IMG/VR virus record: IMGVR_UViG_3300020181_000005
Location: 1-40,241 of that record
DNA length: 40,241 nucleotides
Direction: 5' to 3' (one strand)
Source: a virus
Part shown: piece by piece, positions 1 through 8,116 of the stretch
How positions within the stretch are numbered: position 1 is the stretch's first letter
Layout: every line of letters starts with the position of its first letter
Program-made: the position numbers and the translations under genes
Notes under the pieces: generated by a model
What the model saw: the letters and a program-made list of their open reading frames with translations, nothing else
Database searches by the model: none
What the model was told of the DNA's origin: nothing

Positions 1-127
1 CAGGGCTGCAGCGCGACCGAAGCACGCGATCTCGCGAAGGGATACGGCGCTGATCGTCGCCGGATCAAGATCGAGAAGCTGACCGGCGAACGCCCCGATC
101 TCACGGGTAACCGCTACATCGAGCGCG
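1..127. repeat. Terminal direct repeat, copy 1; identical to 40115-40241 (circular-assembly overlap or terminal redundancy)
   Basis: Read directly: both copies start CAGGGCTGCAGCGCGACCGAAGC and end CTACATCGAGCGCG, with no mismatches seen. Confidence 0.95.
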
Positions 128-948
128 GCAACGTGCGTGAGCCGTTCATCGCAGCGTGGATCGAAGAGAACTTCGATATCGCGCCGAACCAGCATGTGTT
201 CATTGACGCAGCGAAGCGGGGACTGTGCACGCCGGACGGCGTCTCGAACTGGTTCGAGTTCGACGGGCTGCTCGCCGAGATCAAGACGTCGAAGCACGAC
301 CTCACGCCGGGCCCGATCGAGCAGGGCGTGCTGCGCATGGAGCTCGTGGACGGCAGCTGGCGCCGCTCGCACTTCTGGACGACCGGCTATTACGACCAGA
401 TGCAGTGGCAGATGTACGTGCTCAACGGCGCGCGCACCCTGTTCGTCTGGGAGCAGCACGATGACAACTGGCCGGACCCGCAGCCGCTGCACGACTCGCC
501 GTCGTGGTGCTGGGTGCTGCGCGATGAGAAGAGGATCTCGGAGCTCCGCGCCATCGTCGACGACTTCCTCGATGAGCTCGACCGCTCGCATCCGGACGAG
601 CTGCCCGCTATGGGCAGCTTCGACGCTGAGGAAGCGCTGCTCGTGCAGCGTCTGCTGAAGTATCGCGACGACGAGGCGGTCGCGAAGAAGGCGAAGGAGG
701 ACGTGTGGAAGCAGCTGCAGGCGAAGCGGCTCGCTGAGGGCGCCCCTGACTTCCAGGCAGAGAACGACGTCGCGTCGATGAGTGTGACGACGACGACGAA
801 GGACGTCGCGGTGCTCGACGAGGCGAAGATGCGCGAGAAGGCGCCCCGTCTCGTCGCCCAGTACGAGGCACTCGTGCAGCGCTATACCGTCGTGAAGACC
901 GAAACGAAGCGGACTCTGAACGTGACCGCGAAGAAGAAGAAGGGCTGA
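1..948 (+). CDS. YqaJ / lambda-Exo-like recombination exonuclease (3' part; the gene starts at 40019 across the circular junction)
   Basis: Open in frame from base 1. GNRYIERGNVREPF..., ...CTPDGV... and LLAEIKTSKH resemble YqaJ-type PD-(D/E)xK exonucleases. It sits directly upstream of a RecT-like gene. Confidence 0.85.
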   Translation, partial: QGCSATEARDLAKGYGADRRRIKIEKLTGERPDLTGNRYIERGNVREPFIAAWIEENFDIAPNQHVFIDAAKRGLCTPDGVSNWFEFDGLLAEIKTSKHDLTPGPIEQGVLRMELVDGSWRRSHFWTTGYYDQMQWQMYVLNGARTLFVWEQHDDNWPDPQPLHDSPSWCWVLRDEKRISELRAIVDDFLDELDRSHPDELPAMGSFDAEEALLVQRLLKYRDDEAVAKKAKEDVWKQLQAKRLAEGAPDFQAENDVASMSVTTTTKDVAVLDEAKMREKAPRLVAQYEALVQRYTVVKTETKRTLNVTAKKKKG

Positions 949-953
949 ACACC

Positions 954-2042
954 ATGAACAACGAGATCGCGAGAAACGATAGCTACGCAGCGTCACCGCT
1001 CGACCAGCGCATGACATATGCGCGCACACTCTCGGCGGCGGGGTCGCTGATCCCGGTCGGGCTGTGCGACGACGAGCTCCGCGACAACGGGCGCGGCGTC
1101 ATGCTGCCTGTCAAGGTGCCCAATCCGGGCAAGGTGTTGCTCGTGCTCGAGACGGGCAGCATGCTCGGCGTGCATCCCGTTGCGGCGCTGCAGGGCGTTC
1201 ATATCATCGAGGGCAAGGCGACGATCTCGCCCGCGCTCATGAGCGCCGTCGTCAGGCGGGCGGGTCACAAGCTGCAGGTGGAGACGCGCGGCAGCGTCGC
1301 GAACGGCGATTTTGCGGCCAAGGCGGTGCTCGTGCGCCGCGACGACCCGGAGCACCCGTTCGTCGTCGTCTGGGATCGCCCCCGCGCTGAGCGTGCAGGG
1401 CTGCTCAATAAGGGCCCGTGGACGAAGTATTTCGAGGCGATGTGCAAGGCGCGCGCGATCTCGGAAGTCTGCCGTGAGGGGGCGACGGACGCGCTCATGG
1501 GTGTCGGCTACATGCCCGAAGAGCTCGGCGCTGACGTCGACGAGCAGGGGGAGATCGTGCTGGACGCTTCGCTGGCGCAGGAGACGCGGCAGGCGCCCGC
1601 TGAGCCGTCTGCGAGCGCCGCGACGACTGAGAGTGCGCCCGCACCCTCGAACGCGTCGCAGGCGAGCGCTCCGCAGGCGGCGAGCGCGTCGCAGCCGGTC
1701 GTTACGCAGCCGAAGCAGACCGCGACGGACTGGCGTGCTGAGGCTGACGCTGCGATGACCGCTGACGCGGTGCTGCAGATCTTCAACCGCTGCCGCGACG
1801 CAGGCGAGCTCGGACAGACGACCGACGTCGACGGCGAGCCGATGCAGCTGCGCGTCTACCTCCGCAAGCGCGGCGAGACGCTGCGCGCGAAGGAGGCTGA
1901 GAAGGACGTGCGGGAGGACGAGATCGTGGAGGCGGAGATCGTCGACGACACGCCGGGAGTGCTCGACGAGACTCTGAACGCTGACCCGCGAACGGGCGAG
2001 CTGCCTGAGCGCGACCAGCACACGACGGGCGGCGCGTACTAG
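954..2042 (+). CDS. recT: RecT-like single-strand annealing protein
   Basis: 362 aa, immediately after the exonuclease, which is the classic exo/annealase pair. The core ...LQGVHIIEGKATISPALM...KGPWTKYFEAMCKARAISEV... is RecT-like. The C-terminus is an Ala/Ser/Pro-rich acidic tail. Confidence 0.6.
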   Translation: MNNEIARNDSYAASPLDQRMTYARTLSAAGSLIPVGLCDDELRDNGRGVMLPVKVPNPGKVLLVLETGSMLGVHPVAALQGVHIIEGKATISPALMSAVVRRAGHKLQVETRGSVANGDFAAKAVLVRRDDPEHPFVVVWDRPRAERAGLLNKGPWTKYFEAMCKARAISEVCREGATDALMGVGYMPEELGADVDEQGEIVLDASLAQETRQAPAEPSASAATTESAPAPSNASQASAPQAASASQPVVTQPKQTATDWRAEADAAMTADAVLQIFNRCRDAGELGQTTDVDGEPMQLRVYLRKRGETLRAKEAEKDVREDEIVEAEIVDDTPGVLDETLNADPRTGELPERDQHTTGGAY

Positions 2043-2476
2043 TGGTCATGCCCGACGATCAGGCGATCGCTCAGCTCGAGAAGTCGGTGACCTATCTCGC
2101 CGAGATCCACGAGACGAGCGAGCCGCTCAACCCGGTCGAGGTCGAACGAGCGATCCGTGACGCGGCGAACCATGTCGCGCGGGCGGTGCGCATCGTGAAC
2201 GGCGCTCTCGAGCGTTACCGCGACGCGTCGCGTGAGTACGATCTGGCCTACGCGCAGGAGCTGCTCGAGGCGCCCGGAGCGGTCGCGACGAAGAAGTTCC
2301 ACGCGGAGGTCGCGACGACGCTGCTGCGTCAGGAGCGCGACGCCGCTGAGGTCGCGTGGCATCTCGCGGATCGGCTCGCGGCTGCGGCGAGCAAGAACCT
2401 GACCGCGTACCAGTCGATCAACAAGAGCGTGACGACGATGTACGGGGCAGCCGGTTCGCAGGGTCACGGTGGGTAG
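2042..2476 (+). CDS. hypothetical protein (all-helical)
   Basis: 144-aa ORF with high GC3. The GTG start overlaps the recT stop; an ATG at 2048 is an alternative start. Confidence 0.65.
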   Translation: MVMPDDQAIAQLEKSVTYLAEIHETSEPLNPVEVERAIRDAANHVARAVRIVNGALERYRDASREYDLAYAQELLEAPGAVATKKFHAEVATTLLRQERDAAEVAWHLADRLAAAASKNLTAYQSINKSVTTMYGAAGSQGHGG

Positions 2477-2843
2477 CTCTCCCACTGCGGCGACGTGCGC
2501 CGCCGTCGATGAACGCGACGACTACTGCTGCGTGCGGTGTGGTCGCTGGATCGACGGCGGCTCACGTCATCATCGACAGCTGCGCCGCTTCGGCGATCAC
2601 TCGACGGCGAATCTGATCCTGCTCTGCGGGAGCGGCACGACCGGCTGTCACGGCTGGGTGCATGCGCACCCGAAGATCTCATACGAAAACGGCTGGCTGG
2701 TGCACGGGTGGCACGAGTCGGCGGCGGTTCCGCTGCTCACCTATGGTGGGCGCTGGCGACTGCTGAACAGCGAAGGAAGCTACTCCCATATGACTCCCAC
2801 ACAAGCGCGCGAGCGTCTCGAAGAGCTCGGCGTTCTCTCATGA
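2469..2843 (+). CDS. HNH endonuclease
   Basis: CVRCG...SRHHRQLRRFGDHSTANLILLCGSGTTGCHGWVH is an HNH/Zn-finger motif. Codon usage is visibly less GC3-biased than in the neighbouring genes. Confidence 0.8.
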   Translation: MGSSPTAATCAAVDERDDYCCVRCGRWIDGGSRHHRQLRRFGDHSTANLILLCGSGTTGCHGWVHAHPKISYENGWLVHGWHESAAVPLLTYGGRWRLLNSEGSYSHMTPTQARERLEELGVLS

Positions 2844-3637
2844 CGTGGTTCAAGGTCGACGATCGGCTCGCATTCCACCCGAAGGTGCTCTCGGCGGGGA
2901 ATGAGGCGATGGGCCTCTGGGTGCGGGCGGGCGCGTACTGCGCGCAGATGCTGACGAACGGGCACGTGCCGCTGTCGATGCTCGCCCCTCTCGGGGCTGA
3001 CGAGAGTGTCGCTGAGCGTCTGGTCGCTGCGGGGCTGTGGCGCGAGGAGATCGACGGCTACAGCTTCCACGACTGGCATGATCTGCAGCCCACTCGTGAG
3101 AGTGTCGAGGCGGATCGTGAGGCTGCTCGTGAGCGGATGCGTGAGCTCCGAGCCGGTCGGAAGTCTCATAGGAACTCCACAGATGTTCGGGCGAACATCG
3201 ACCGAAGTTCGGAAGAAGTTCGTAACCCCGGCCCGTCCCGTACTTCTAACGAAGTACAAGCGCCGCAGAGCAGCGCGAAGACGCGAGGCACACGACTCCC
3301 TGACAGCTTCGAGCTCGACGACAAGTTGATCGCCTACACGCGCGAGAAGGGGCCCGCAGTCAACCTCGACCGGGAGCTCGAGAAGTTCCGCAACTTCTGG
3401 GCGTCAGCGTCAGGAGCGAACGCGGTGAAGCGCGACTGGCGACGTGCCTGGCAGAACTGGGTGCTCTCGGCTCAAGAGCGCGCAGAGGCGAACGGCTGGA
3501 AGCCGAGCGCTCAGCCTGTACCGTCGAAAGCGTCGGCACGGGATGCCTGGCTAGCAGCGCGGGGCGTGACCCGCGAAGAGTACGACCGTCGCAAGGGCGA
3601 AACGGGTTGGCTCGAGTCACTGAAGGAGAAGCCGTGA
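2840..3637 (+). CDS. Putative replication initiator / replisome organizer (DnaD-like C-terminus)
   Basis: The ATG overlaps the HNH stop (ATGA). The N-terminus MTWFKVDDRLAFHPKV...GLWVRAGAYCA and the C-terminus FRNFWASASGANAVKRDWRRAWQNWV are typical of actinophage replication organizers. It lies directly upstream of dnaB. The longer ORF from 2537 overlaps the HNH gene and was not used. Confidence 0.55.
   Translation: MTWFKVDDRLAFHPKVLSAGNEAMGLWVRAGAYCAQMLTNGHVPLSMLAPLGADESVAERLVAAGLWREEIDGYSFHDWHDLQPTRESVEADREAARERMRELRAGRKSHRNSTDVRANIDRSSEEVRNPGPSRTSNEVQAPQSSAKTRGTRLPDSFELDDKLIAYTREKGPAVNLDRELEKFRNFWASASGANAVKRDWRRAWQNWVLSAQERAEANGWKPSAQPVPSKASARDAWLAARGVTREEYDRRKGETGWLESLKEKP
3159..3257. promoter_or_regulatory. 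Putative origin-like iteron cluster embedded in the replication-initiator gene
   Basis: A low-GC patch. It contains an exact direct repeat GAAGTTCG at 3204-3211 and 3215-3222 (11-bp phasing) and degenerate copies GGAAGTC (3159) and GAAGTAC (3251). It also has the palindromes ATGTTCG-gg-CGAACAT (3183-3198) and GTACTTC-taac-GAAGTAC (3240-3257). Many A/T-ending codons occur here only. Confidence 0.45.
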
Positions 3638-4917
3638 GTGGCATGGAAGTTGATACGCGCACCGCAGAGCGCTCAGTGCTCGGCGGCATGCTGCTGGCGA
3701 AGCGCGTCGTGTGGGACGTCGTCGACGAGGTCGAGCCGGGAGACTTCGCGGACGGGCGTCACGAGACGATCTTCCGCACGATCGTCGCGCTCGCCCAGGA
3801 GAACCGCCCGACTGACGTGATCGCAGTCACTGAGCAGCTGGCGACCGCTGGCGAGCTCGAGCGTGTCGGCGGCGCCGCGCTGCTGCACGAGCTGACAGAC
3901 GAAGTGCCCACTGCAGCGAACGCGGGCTATTACGCGAGCATCGTGCGCAGGCACGCGATCAAGCGGCGACTGTTCGAGGTCGGCCAGCGTGTCGCGCAGA
4001 TGGGGCAGGCGACTGAGGGCGACGCGTACGAGCTCGTCGAGCATGCCCGCCGCGAGGTCGATGCGGTCGCGTCTGCAGCGCGCTCTGAGATCGCGCCCGT
4101 CGGCGACAGCGTCGAGGGCGTCGTCGACGCGCTACGCACCGCGCCGCGCTTCACGCCTACGCCGTGGACGTCGCTGAATGGGCTGATCAACGGCTTCCGC
4201 CCTGGCGCCATGTACGTGATCGGCGCCCGCCCGGGATCCGGTAAGACGATCATGGGGCTGCAGGCTGCGGTGCATCTCGCGCGTTCGGGAACGGTCGCGT
4301 TCTCGTCGCTCGAGATGGACACTGCAGATCTCACGCGACGGATCTTCGCTATGCGCGGTGGCGTGCATATGACGAGCCTCACGCGCAACGCGCTGACGCC
4401 GACCGACTGGGAGCGCATCGGCGCACTCAGGCCCGAAGTGCGCAAGATGCCGCTGTTTATCGACGACCGCTCAGGGGCGACCATGACGCAGATCAAGGCG
4501 CACGCTCGCAGCGTCGCACGTCGCGGCCAGCTCAGCGCGATCGTCGTCGACTACCTGCAGCTGATCAGGGCGACGGACCCGAAGCGGCCCCGCTGGGAGG
4601 TCGTCGGCGAGTTCTCGCGGGAGCTCAAGATCATGGCGCGCGAGCTCGAGGTTCCGGTGATCGCGCTCTGTCAGCTGAACCGCGAGAGCGAGCAGGGCGG
4701 GCGTCGTCTGCCGACTCTCAGCGATCTGCGGGAGTCTGGGTCAATCGAGCAGGACGCGGACGTCGTGCTGCTGCTGCAACGCGGTTGGGATGAGCAGCGG
4801 GAAGAGCATGACGATCAGCTGAACGTCGTGATCGCGAAGAACCGGCACGGGTCGACGGGGAAGATCTCGCTGTTCTGGGAGGGACACTTCGCGCGAGTGT
4901 CGGATATCCCCTGGTAG
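3634..4917 (+). CDS. dnaB: DnaB-type replicative DNA helicase
   Basis: The N-terminal domain ERSVLGGMLL...FADGRHETIFRTI, the Walker A motif GARPGSGKT and ...VVDYLQLI...CQLNRESEQ... are canonical DnaB features. The GTG start (GTGA overlap) follows a GAAGGAG ribosome-binding site. Confidence 0.9.
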   Translation: MSGMEVDTRTAERSVLGGMLLAKRVVWDVVDEVEPGDFADGRHETIFRTIVALAQENRPTDVIAVTEQLATAGELERVGGAALLHELTDEVPTAANAGYYASIVRRHAIKRRLFEVGQRVAQMGQATEGDAYELVEHARREVDAVASAARSEIAPVGDSVEGVVDALRTAPRFTPTPWTSLNGLINGFRPGAMYVIGARPGSGKTIMGLQAAVHLARSGTVAFSSLEMDTADLTRRIFAMRGGVHMTSLTRNALTPTDWERIGALRPEVRKMPLFIDDRSGATMTQIKAHARSVARRGQLSAIVVDYLQLIRATDPKRPRWEVVGEFSRELKIMARELEVPVIALCQLNRESEQGGRRLPTLSDLRESGSIEQDADVVLLLQRGWDEQREEHDDQLNVVIAKNRHGSTGKISLFWEGHFARVSDIPW

Positions 4918-4950
4918 TAGTTAGACTGACCGAAACAAGGAAGGAACACC

Positions 4951-5316
4951 ATGAGGGCACGAGCGAGTGACTTCGAGATCACTCGAATAGGCGCGTACGC
5001 GAGAGCGACCGCCGCTGCCGAGGCTCGCCAGCGCGAGCTCGAAGCGATGATAGACGCCGCCGTGCAGATGCTGCGCGCCGGATGCGACGCTGACGACGTC
5101 GTCCCGCTGCTGACGAGCGCCGACAACGCGGCGCTGAACGAGTACCGCGAGAACGTCGTCGACACGACGCTGTCTCTCGCTCACGAGATCGTCGTGACCA
5201 CGCTCCCGAGCACGGAGATCGACCCTGGACTGCCCGCCTATGAGCAGGCGCTGCACGACGCTGCAGCGCGACTCGAGACGAAGCGGCAGCTGCTCCGTGC
5301 CCCTGGTGGAGAGTGA
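4951..5316 (+). CDS. hypothetical protein
   Basis: 121-aa ORF preceded by GGAAGGAACACC-ATG. Confidence 0.65.
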   Translation: MRARASDFEITRIGAYARATAAAEARQRELEAMIDAAVQMLRAGCDADDVVPLLTSADNAALNEYRENVVDTTLSLAHEIVVTTLPSTEIDPGLPAYEQALHDAAARLETKRQLLRAPGGE

Positions 5317-5317
5317 C

Positions 5318-5647
5318 ATGAGCGCGCGCGAGGTCGCTGAGATCGTCGTGCGCATGCGTGCGCTGCTCAATGCCGGAATGATCGCCGAGCTCAAGGGCGA
5401 CGACGACGAGCACGCACGTCTGCTGTTCGACTTCGAGCAGCTCGCTGCGGCGCTGCCCCTGCGGGTGGTCTGGGGCGGCGGCATCGCGCGTCGTGTCATC
5501 GACCCTGCGCGCCGCAAAGTCGACCGCGAAGGCATTCTCGCCCAGTCGCCCGACTCGCAGCACGTGCATCTCATGATCATGGTCAGCGTCGGCGTGTGGC
5601 GCTGCTCTGACGAGTCGTGCCCCTTCGAGTACGGGAGCAAGCAGTGA
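5318..5647 (+). CDS. hypothetical protein
   Basis: The ATG lies 1 nt after the upstream stop. 109 aa with high GC3. Confidence 0.6.
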   Translation: MSAREVAEIVVRMRALLNAGMIAELKGDDDEHARLLFDFEQLAAALPLRVVWGGGIARRVIDPARRKVDREGILAQSPDSQHVHLMIMVSVGVWRCSDESCPFEYGSKQ

Positions 5648-6039
5648 AGCGCGAGCGGCGCCTTGCCAGCGAGGTGCGGCTGATCTCGGACCTCGCCCTG
5701 AGTATGACGAACGCCCCGCGTGCTCTGGTCGCCCAGGAGACTCATCTGCTCGTCGATCGGCTGCTGCGCTCATGCAACGCCCCCGACTTGGAGACGCTGC
5801 GCGTGCGCACCCGACACGAGCTCGAAGCGGACGGGCTCGTGGTCGAGGTCCGCGTCGACGACTGGGTCGACGCACCCGACTACTTCGAGCAGGTGGAGAT
5901 CGCTGTCGGACGCGTCCTGCAGGATGGGCTGAGGAAGTTCGACACCCTTCAGCGGCAGCTCGATCGCTCGCTGATCGTCCATCGCGGCGTAACGCACACC
6001 ATCGACAGCCCCAGCTGGCCGTTCCAGCTGGCTGTCTGA
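5644..6039 (+). CDS. hypothetical protein
   Basis: The GTG start overlaps the upstream stop (GTGA). 131 aa. Confidence 0.6.
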   Translation: MKRERRLASEVRLISDLALSMTNAPRALVAQETHLLVDRLLRSCNAPDLETLRVRTRHELEADGLVVEVRVDDWVDAPDYFEQVEIAVGRVLQDGLRKFDTLQRQLDRSLIVHRGVTHTIDSPSWPFQLAV

Positions 6040-6093
6040 AGACTCCCGCCCACACAACAATCGAGTGACTTCACTCAGGAAAGGAATGACAGC

Positions 6094-6561
6094 ATGGCCG
6101 GAGAGACACCGCTCACGATCGTCGGCAATCTGACCGCCGACCCGGAGCTCCGCTACACGCAGAACGGGCTCGCCGTCGCGAACTTCACGATCGCCGCGAC
6201 CGAACGAACCTTCGACCGTCAGGCGAACGACTGGAAGGACGGCGACCCGCTGTTCCTTCGCTGCTCGATCTGGCGCGACTACGCCGAGCACGTCGCGGGC
6301 TCGCTCACCAAGGGTACCCGCGTGATCGCCACGGGCAGTCTGAAGCAGCGCAGCTACGAGACGAAGGAGGGCGAGAAGCGCACGGTGTTCGAGCTCGACG
6401 TGCTCGAGATCGGTCCGGCGCTGCGGTTCGCGACGGCGCAAGTCGTGCGCGCCACACAGGGCGGGGCGCCGGTGCAGCAGCAGCAGCAGCAGAGGCCGCA
6501 GCAGGACGACGTCTGGAACACGCCCGGCGCGGCGAGCTACGACGACGAGACGCCGTTCTGA
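6094..6561 (+). CDS. ssb: Single-stranded DNA-binding protein
   Basis: The OB-fold N-terminus reads [34 protein letters not shown]...[10 protein letters not shown] Gln-rich linker and the acidic tail DDETPF follow. Confidence 0.95.
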   Translation: MAGETPLTIVGNLTADPELRYTQNGLAVANFTIAATERTFDRQANDWKDGDPLFLRCSIWRDYAEHVAGSLTKGTRVIATGSLKQRSYETKEGEKRTVFELDVLEIGPALRFATAQVVRATQGGAPVQQQQQQRPQQDDVWNTPGAASYDDETPF

Positions 6562-6620
6562 TCGAGTAGACTGGACGGCGATCCGGGCGGGTTTCATGGT
6601 GGCCCGCAGTGATCATTCTG

Positions 6621-6654
6621 AGCGGGGCGACGTATGGGAGTGCGTCGCCCCGCT
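6621..6654 (+). terminator. Intrinsic terminator after ssb
   Basis: An 11-12 bp GC stem (GCGGGGCGACG / CGTCGCCCCGC) is followed by TTCATTATT. Confidence 0.7.
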
Positions 6655-6661
6655 TCATTAT

Positions 6662-6677
6662 TGGTACGATGCAAACA
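6662..6677 (+). promoter_or_regulatory. Candidate extended -10 promoter giving a leaderless ParB-like transcript
   Basis: TGgTACGAT (TGn + TANNNT) at 6662-6670 is followed by 6 nt and then the ATG at 6677. No SD sequence is present. Confidence 0.4.
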
Positions 6678-7207
6678 TGAGCATGCAGGTTGTAAGCGTC
6701 CCCATCGCAGATCTCAATGCGTTCGAGGGAAACGCTCGCCGCGGCAACGTCGACGCGATCGCAGAGTCGCTCTTCACGAACGGGCAATACAAGCCGATCG
6801 TGGTGAATCGCGGCACGCACACCGGCAAGCCGAACGAAGTGCTCGCCGGGAATCACACTCTCGAGGCTGCAGCGTCGCTCGGCTGGGATGCGATCGAGTG
6901 CGTGTTCGTCGACGTCGACCGGGCGAGCGCTCTGAAGATCGTGCTGGCTGACAACCGGACGAACGATCTCGCGGCGTACGACGACCGCGAGCTGGTCGCG
7001 CTGTTGCAGGAGCTGCCGGATCTCGACGGCACCGCGTTCGATCAGGACGCTCTCGACCGACTGCTCGCGGGACTCGAGGCGCCCAACTTCGAGCCCGACG
7101 ACGAGGAAGACGTGCGACTCGACCGGAAGAGCGTGACGACGTGCCCTGAGTGTGGGCACGTGTTCACGCCCGTCACGCGCACAGCGACTGAGGACGATCT
7201 GCTGTGA
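6677..7207 (+). CDS. ParB-like nuclease-domain (ParB/Srx fold) protein with a C-terminal zinc ribbon
   Basis: ...NAFEGNARRGNVDAIAESL...YKPIVVN...VLAGNHTLEAAASLGWDAIECVFVDVD... is a ParB N-terminal domain. The C-terminus carries CPECGHVF. The upstream in-frame extension from 6596 would run through the terminator hairpin. Confidence 0.75.
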   Translation: MSMQVVSVPIADLNAFEGNARRGNVDAIAESLFTNGQYKPIVVNRGTHTGKPNEVLAGNHTLEAAASLGWDAIECVFVDVDRASALKIVLADNRTNDLAAYDDRELVALLQELPDLDGTAFDQDALDRLLAGLEAPNFEPDDEEDVRLDRKSVTTCPECGHVFTPVTRTATEDDLL

Positions 7208-7386
7208 CTCTCGCGCGTACTCGCGTGAAGAAACTCTCGCGACAGGTCGGCGTGCTCATGCACGAGCTCAGCGAGGACGATCCGGAGGCGTACGAGTTGC
7301 TGAAGGAGTATCACCACGCGCTGCGTGGTGCTGTGATCGAGCTGCGCGTCGAATTGCGCGAGCTCCGAGCGAAGGAGCTCACGTGA
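7204..7386 (+). CDS. hypothetical small coiled-coil protein
   Basis: 60 aa, coupled by GTGA overlaps on both sides. Confidence 0.55.
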   Translation: MTLARTRVKKLSRQVGVLMHELSEDDPEAYELLKEYHHALRGAVIELRVELRELRAKELT

Positions 7387-8015
7387 CACTGAAGATCGCG
7401 CCCGCCAGTCACGAGGCGGCGCTGTACGCGGTGCAGCACTGGCACTACAGCCGCAAGCTGCCCAGCGGCAAGCTGTTCCGCAGGGGCGTCTGGGAGCACG
7501 ACAAGTTCATCGGTGTCGTGATCTTCTCGCGCGGCGCGACGAACACGATCGGCAGCCCGTTCGGGCTGACACAGACGCAGTGCGTCGAGCTCACTCGTGT
7601 CGCCCTGAATGCGCACGATGCGCCGGTGTCGCAGATCGTCGCTGCAGCGATCCGAGATCTCAAGGCAGGCAATCCCGGGCTGAGACTGATCGTCAGCTAC
7701 GCCGACCCCATGCAGGGGCACCACGGCGGCATCTACCAAGCCGGGAACTGGATCTATGTCGGCCAGGGCAAGGCGGCGCCCGAGTTCGTCGTGAACGGCG
7801 TGCAGATGCACATGCGCAGCATTCACGCGAAGGGCTGGAAGCAGACGCTCGAGTGGCTGCGCGCGAACGTCGACCCGAAGGCGCGTCGCGTCGAGATCAC
7901 TCCGAAGCACAAATACGTGATGCCCCTCGACAAGCCCATGAGGCGGTCTGTCGCGAAGCTCGCGGTGGAGTATCCTCGAAGTGCGACGTCGGAAACGGCG
8001 ACGGACAGCGTCTAG
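7383..8015 (+). CDS. Mom-like GNAT-fold protein (possible DNA adenine-modifying enzyme); tentative
   Basis: The pattern HWHYSRKLP...FGVWE..KFIGVVIFSRGA...ELTRVAL...LIVSYADPMQGHHGGIYQAGNWIYVGQG matches my memory of the phage Mu Mom family (HYS...SYAD..GH.G.IY.A.NW). This was not verified by any search. The longer ORF from 7152 overlaps two upstream genes. Confidence 0.5.
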   Translation: MTLKIAPASHEAALYAVQHWHYSRKLPSGKLFRRGVWEHDKFIGVVIFSRGATNTIGSPFGLTQTQCVELTRVALNAHDAPVSQIVAAAIRDLKAGNPGLRLIVSYADPMQGHHGGIYQAGNWIYVGQGKAAPEFVVNGVQMHMRSIHAKGWKQTLEWLRANVDPKARRVEITPKHKYVMPLDKPMRRSVAKLAVEYPRSATSETATDSV

Positions 8016-8033
8016 CGTCGCACTGTCCAACAT

Positions 8034-8105
8034 GCGGGTGAAGCATCTGAGGCGATGCGCCGGACGACCAATCCGGAGGGGCTGGTTCGAACCCAGTCGC
8101 CCGCT
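8034..8105 (+). tRNA. tRNA-like element (72 nt, full cloverleaf, non-canonical anticodon loop CGACCAA)
   Basis: Folded by hand. Acceptor stem GCGGGTG/CGCCCGC is 7 bp with one G-U pair. D stem is GCAT/ATGC, with GG in the loop. Anticodon stem is CCGGA/TCCGG. T arm is GCTGG-TTCGAAC-CCAGT. Deviations from a standard tRNA: A8, C14, G33, and no encoded CCA. Confidence 0.4.
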
Positions 8106-8116
8106 CGGGGGCGGCA

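Noticed and set aside
2537-3637. Longest-ORF starts from the six-frame track (for example 2537, 3607, 5240, 6596, 7152, 10287, 13269, 14382, 21195, 30523, 39336)
   Set aside because: Each extension overlaps the preceding gene or a terminator hairpin. An internal ATG or GTG that overlaps or abuts the upstream stop, or that follows a GGAG/GAAAGG site, gives a compact coupled arrangement and was preferred.
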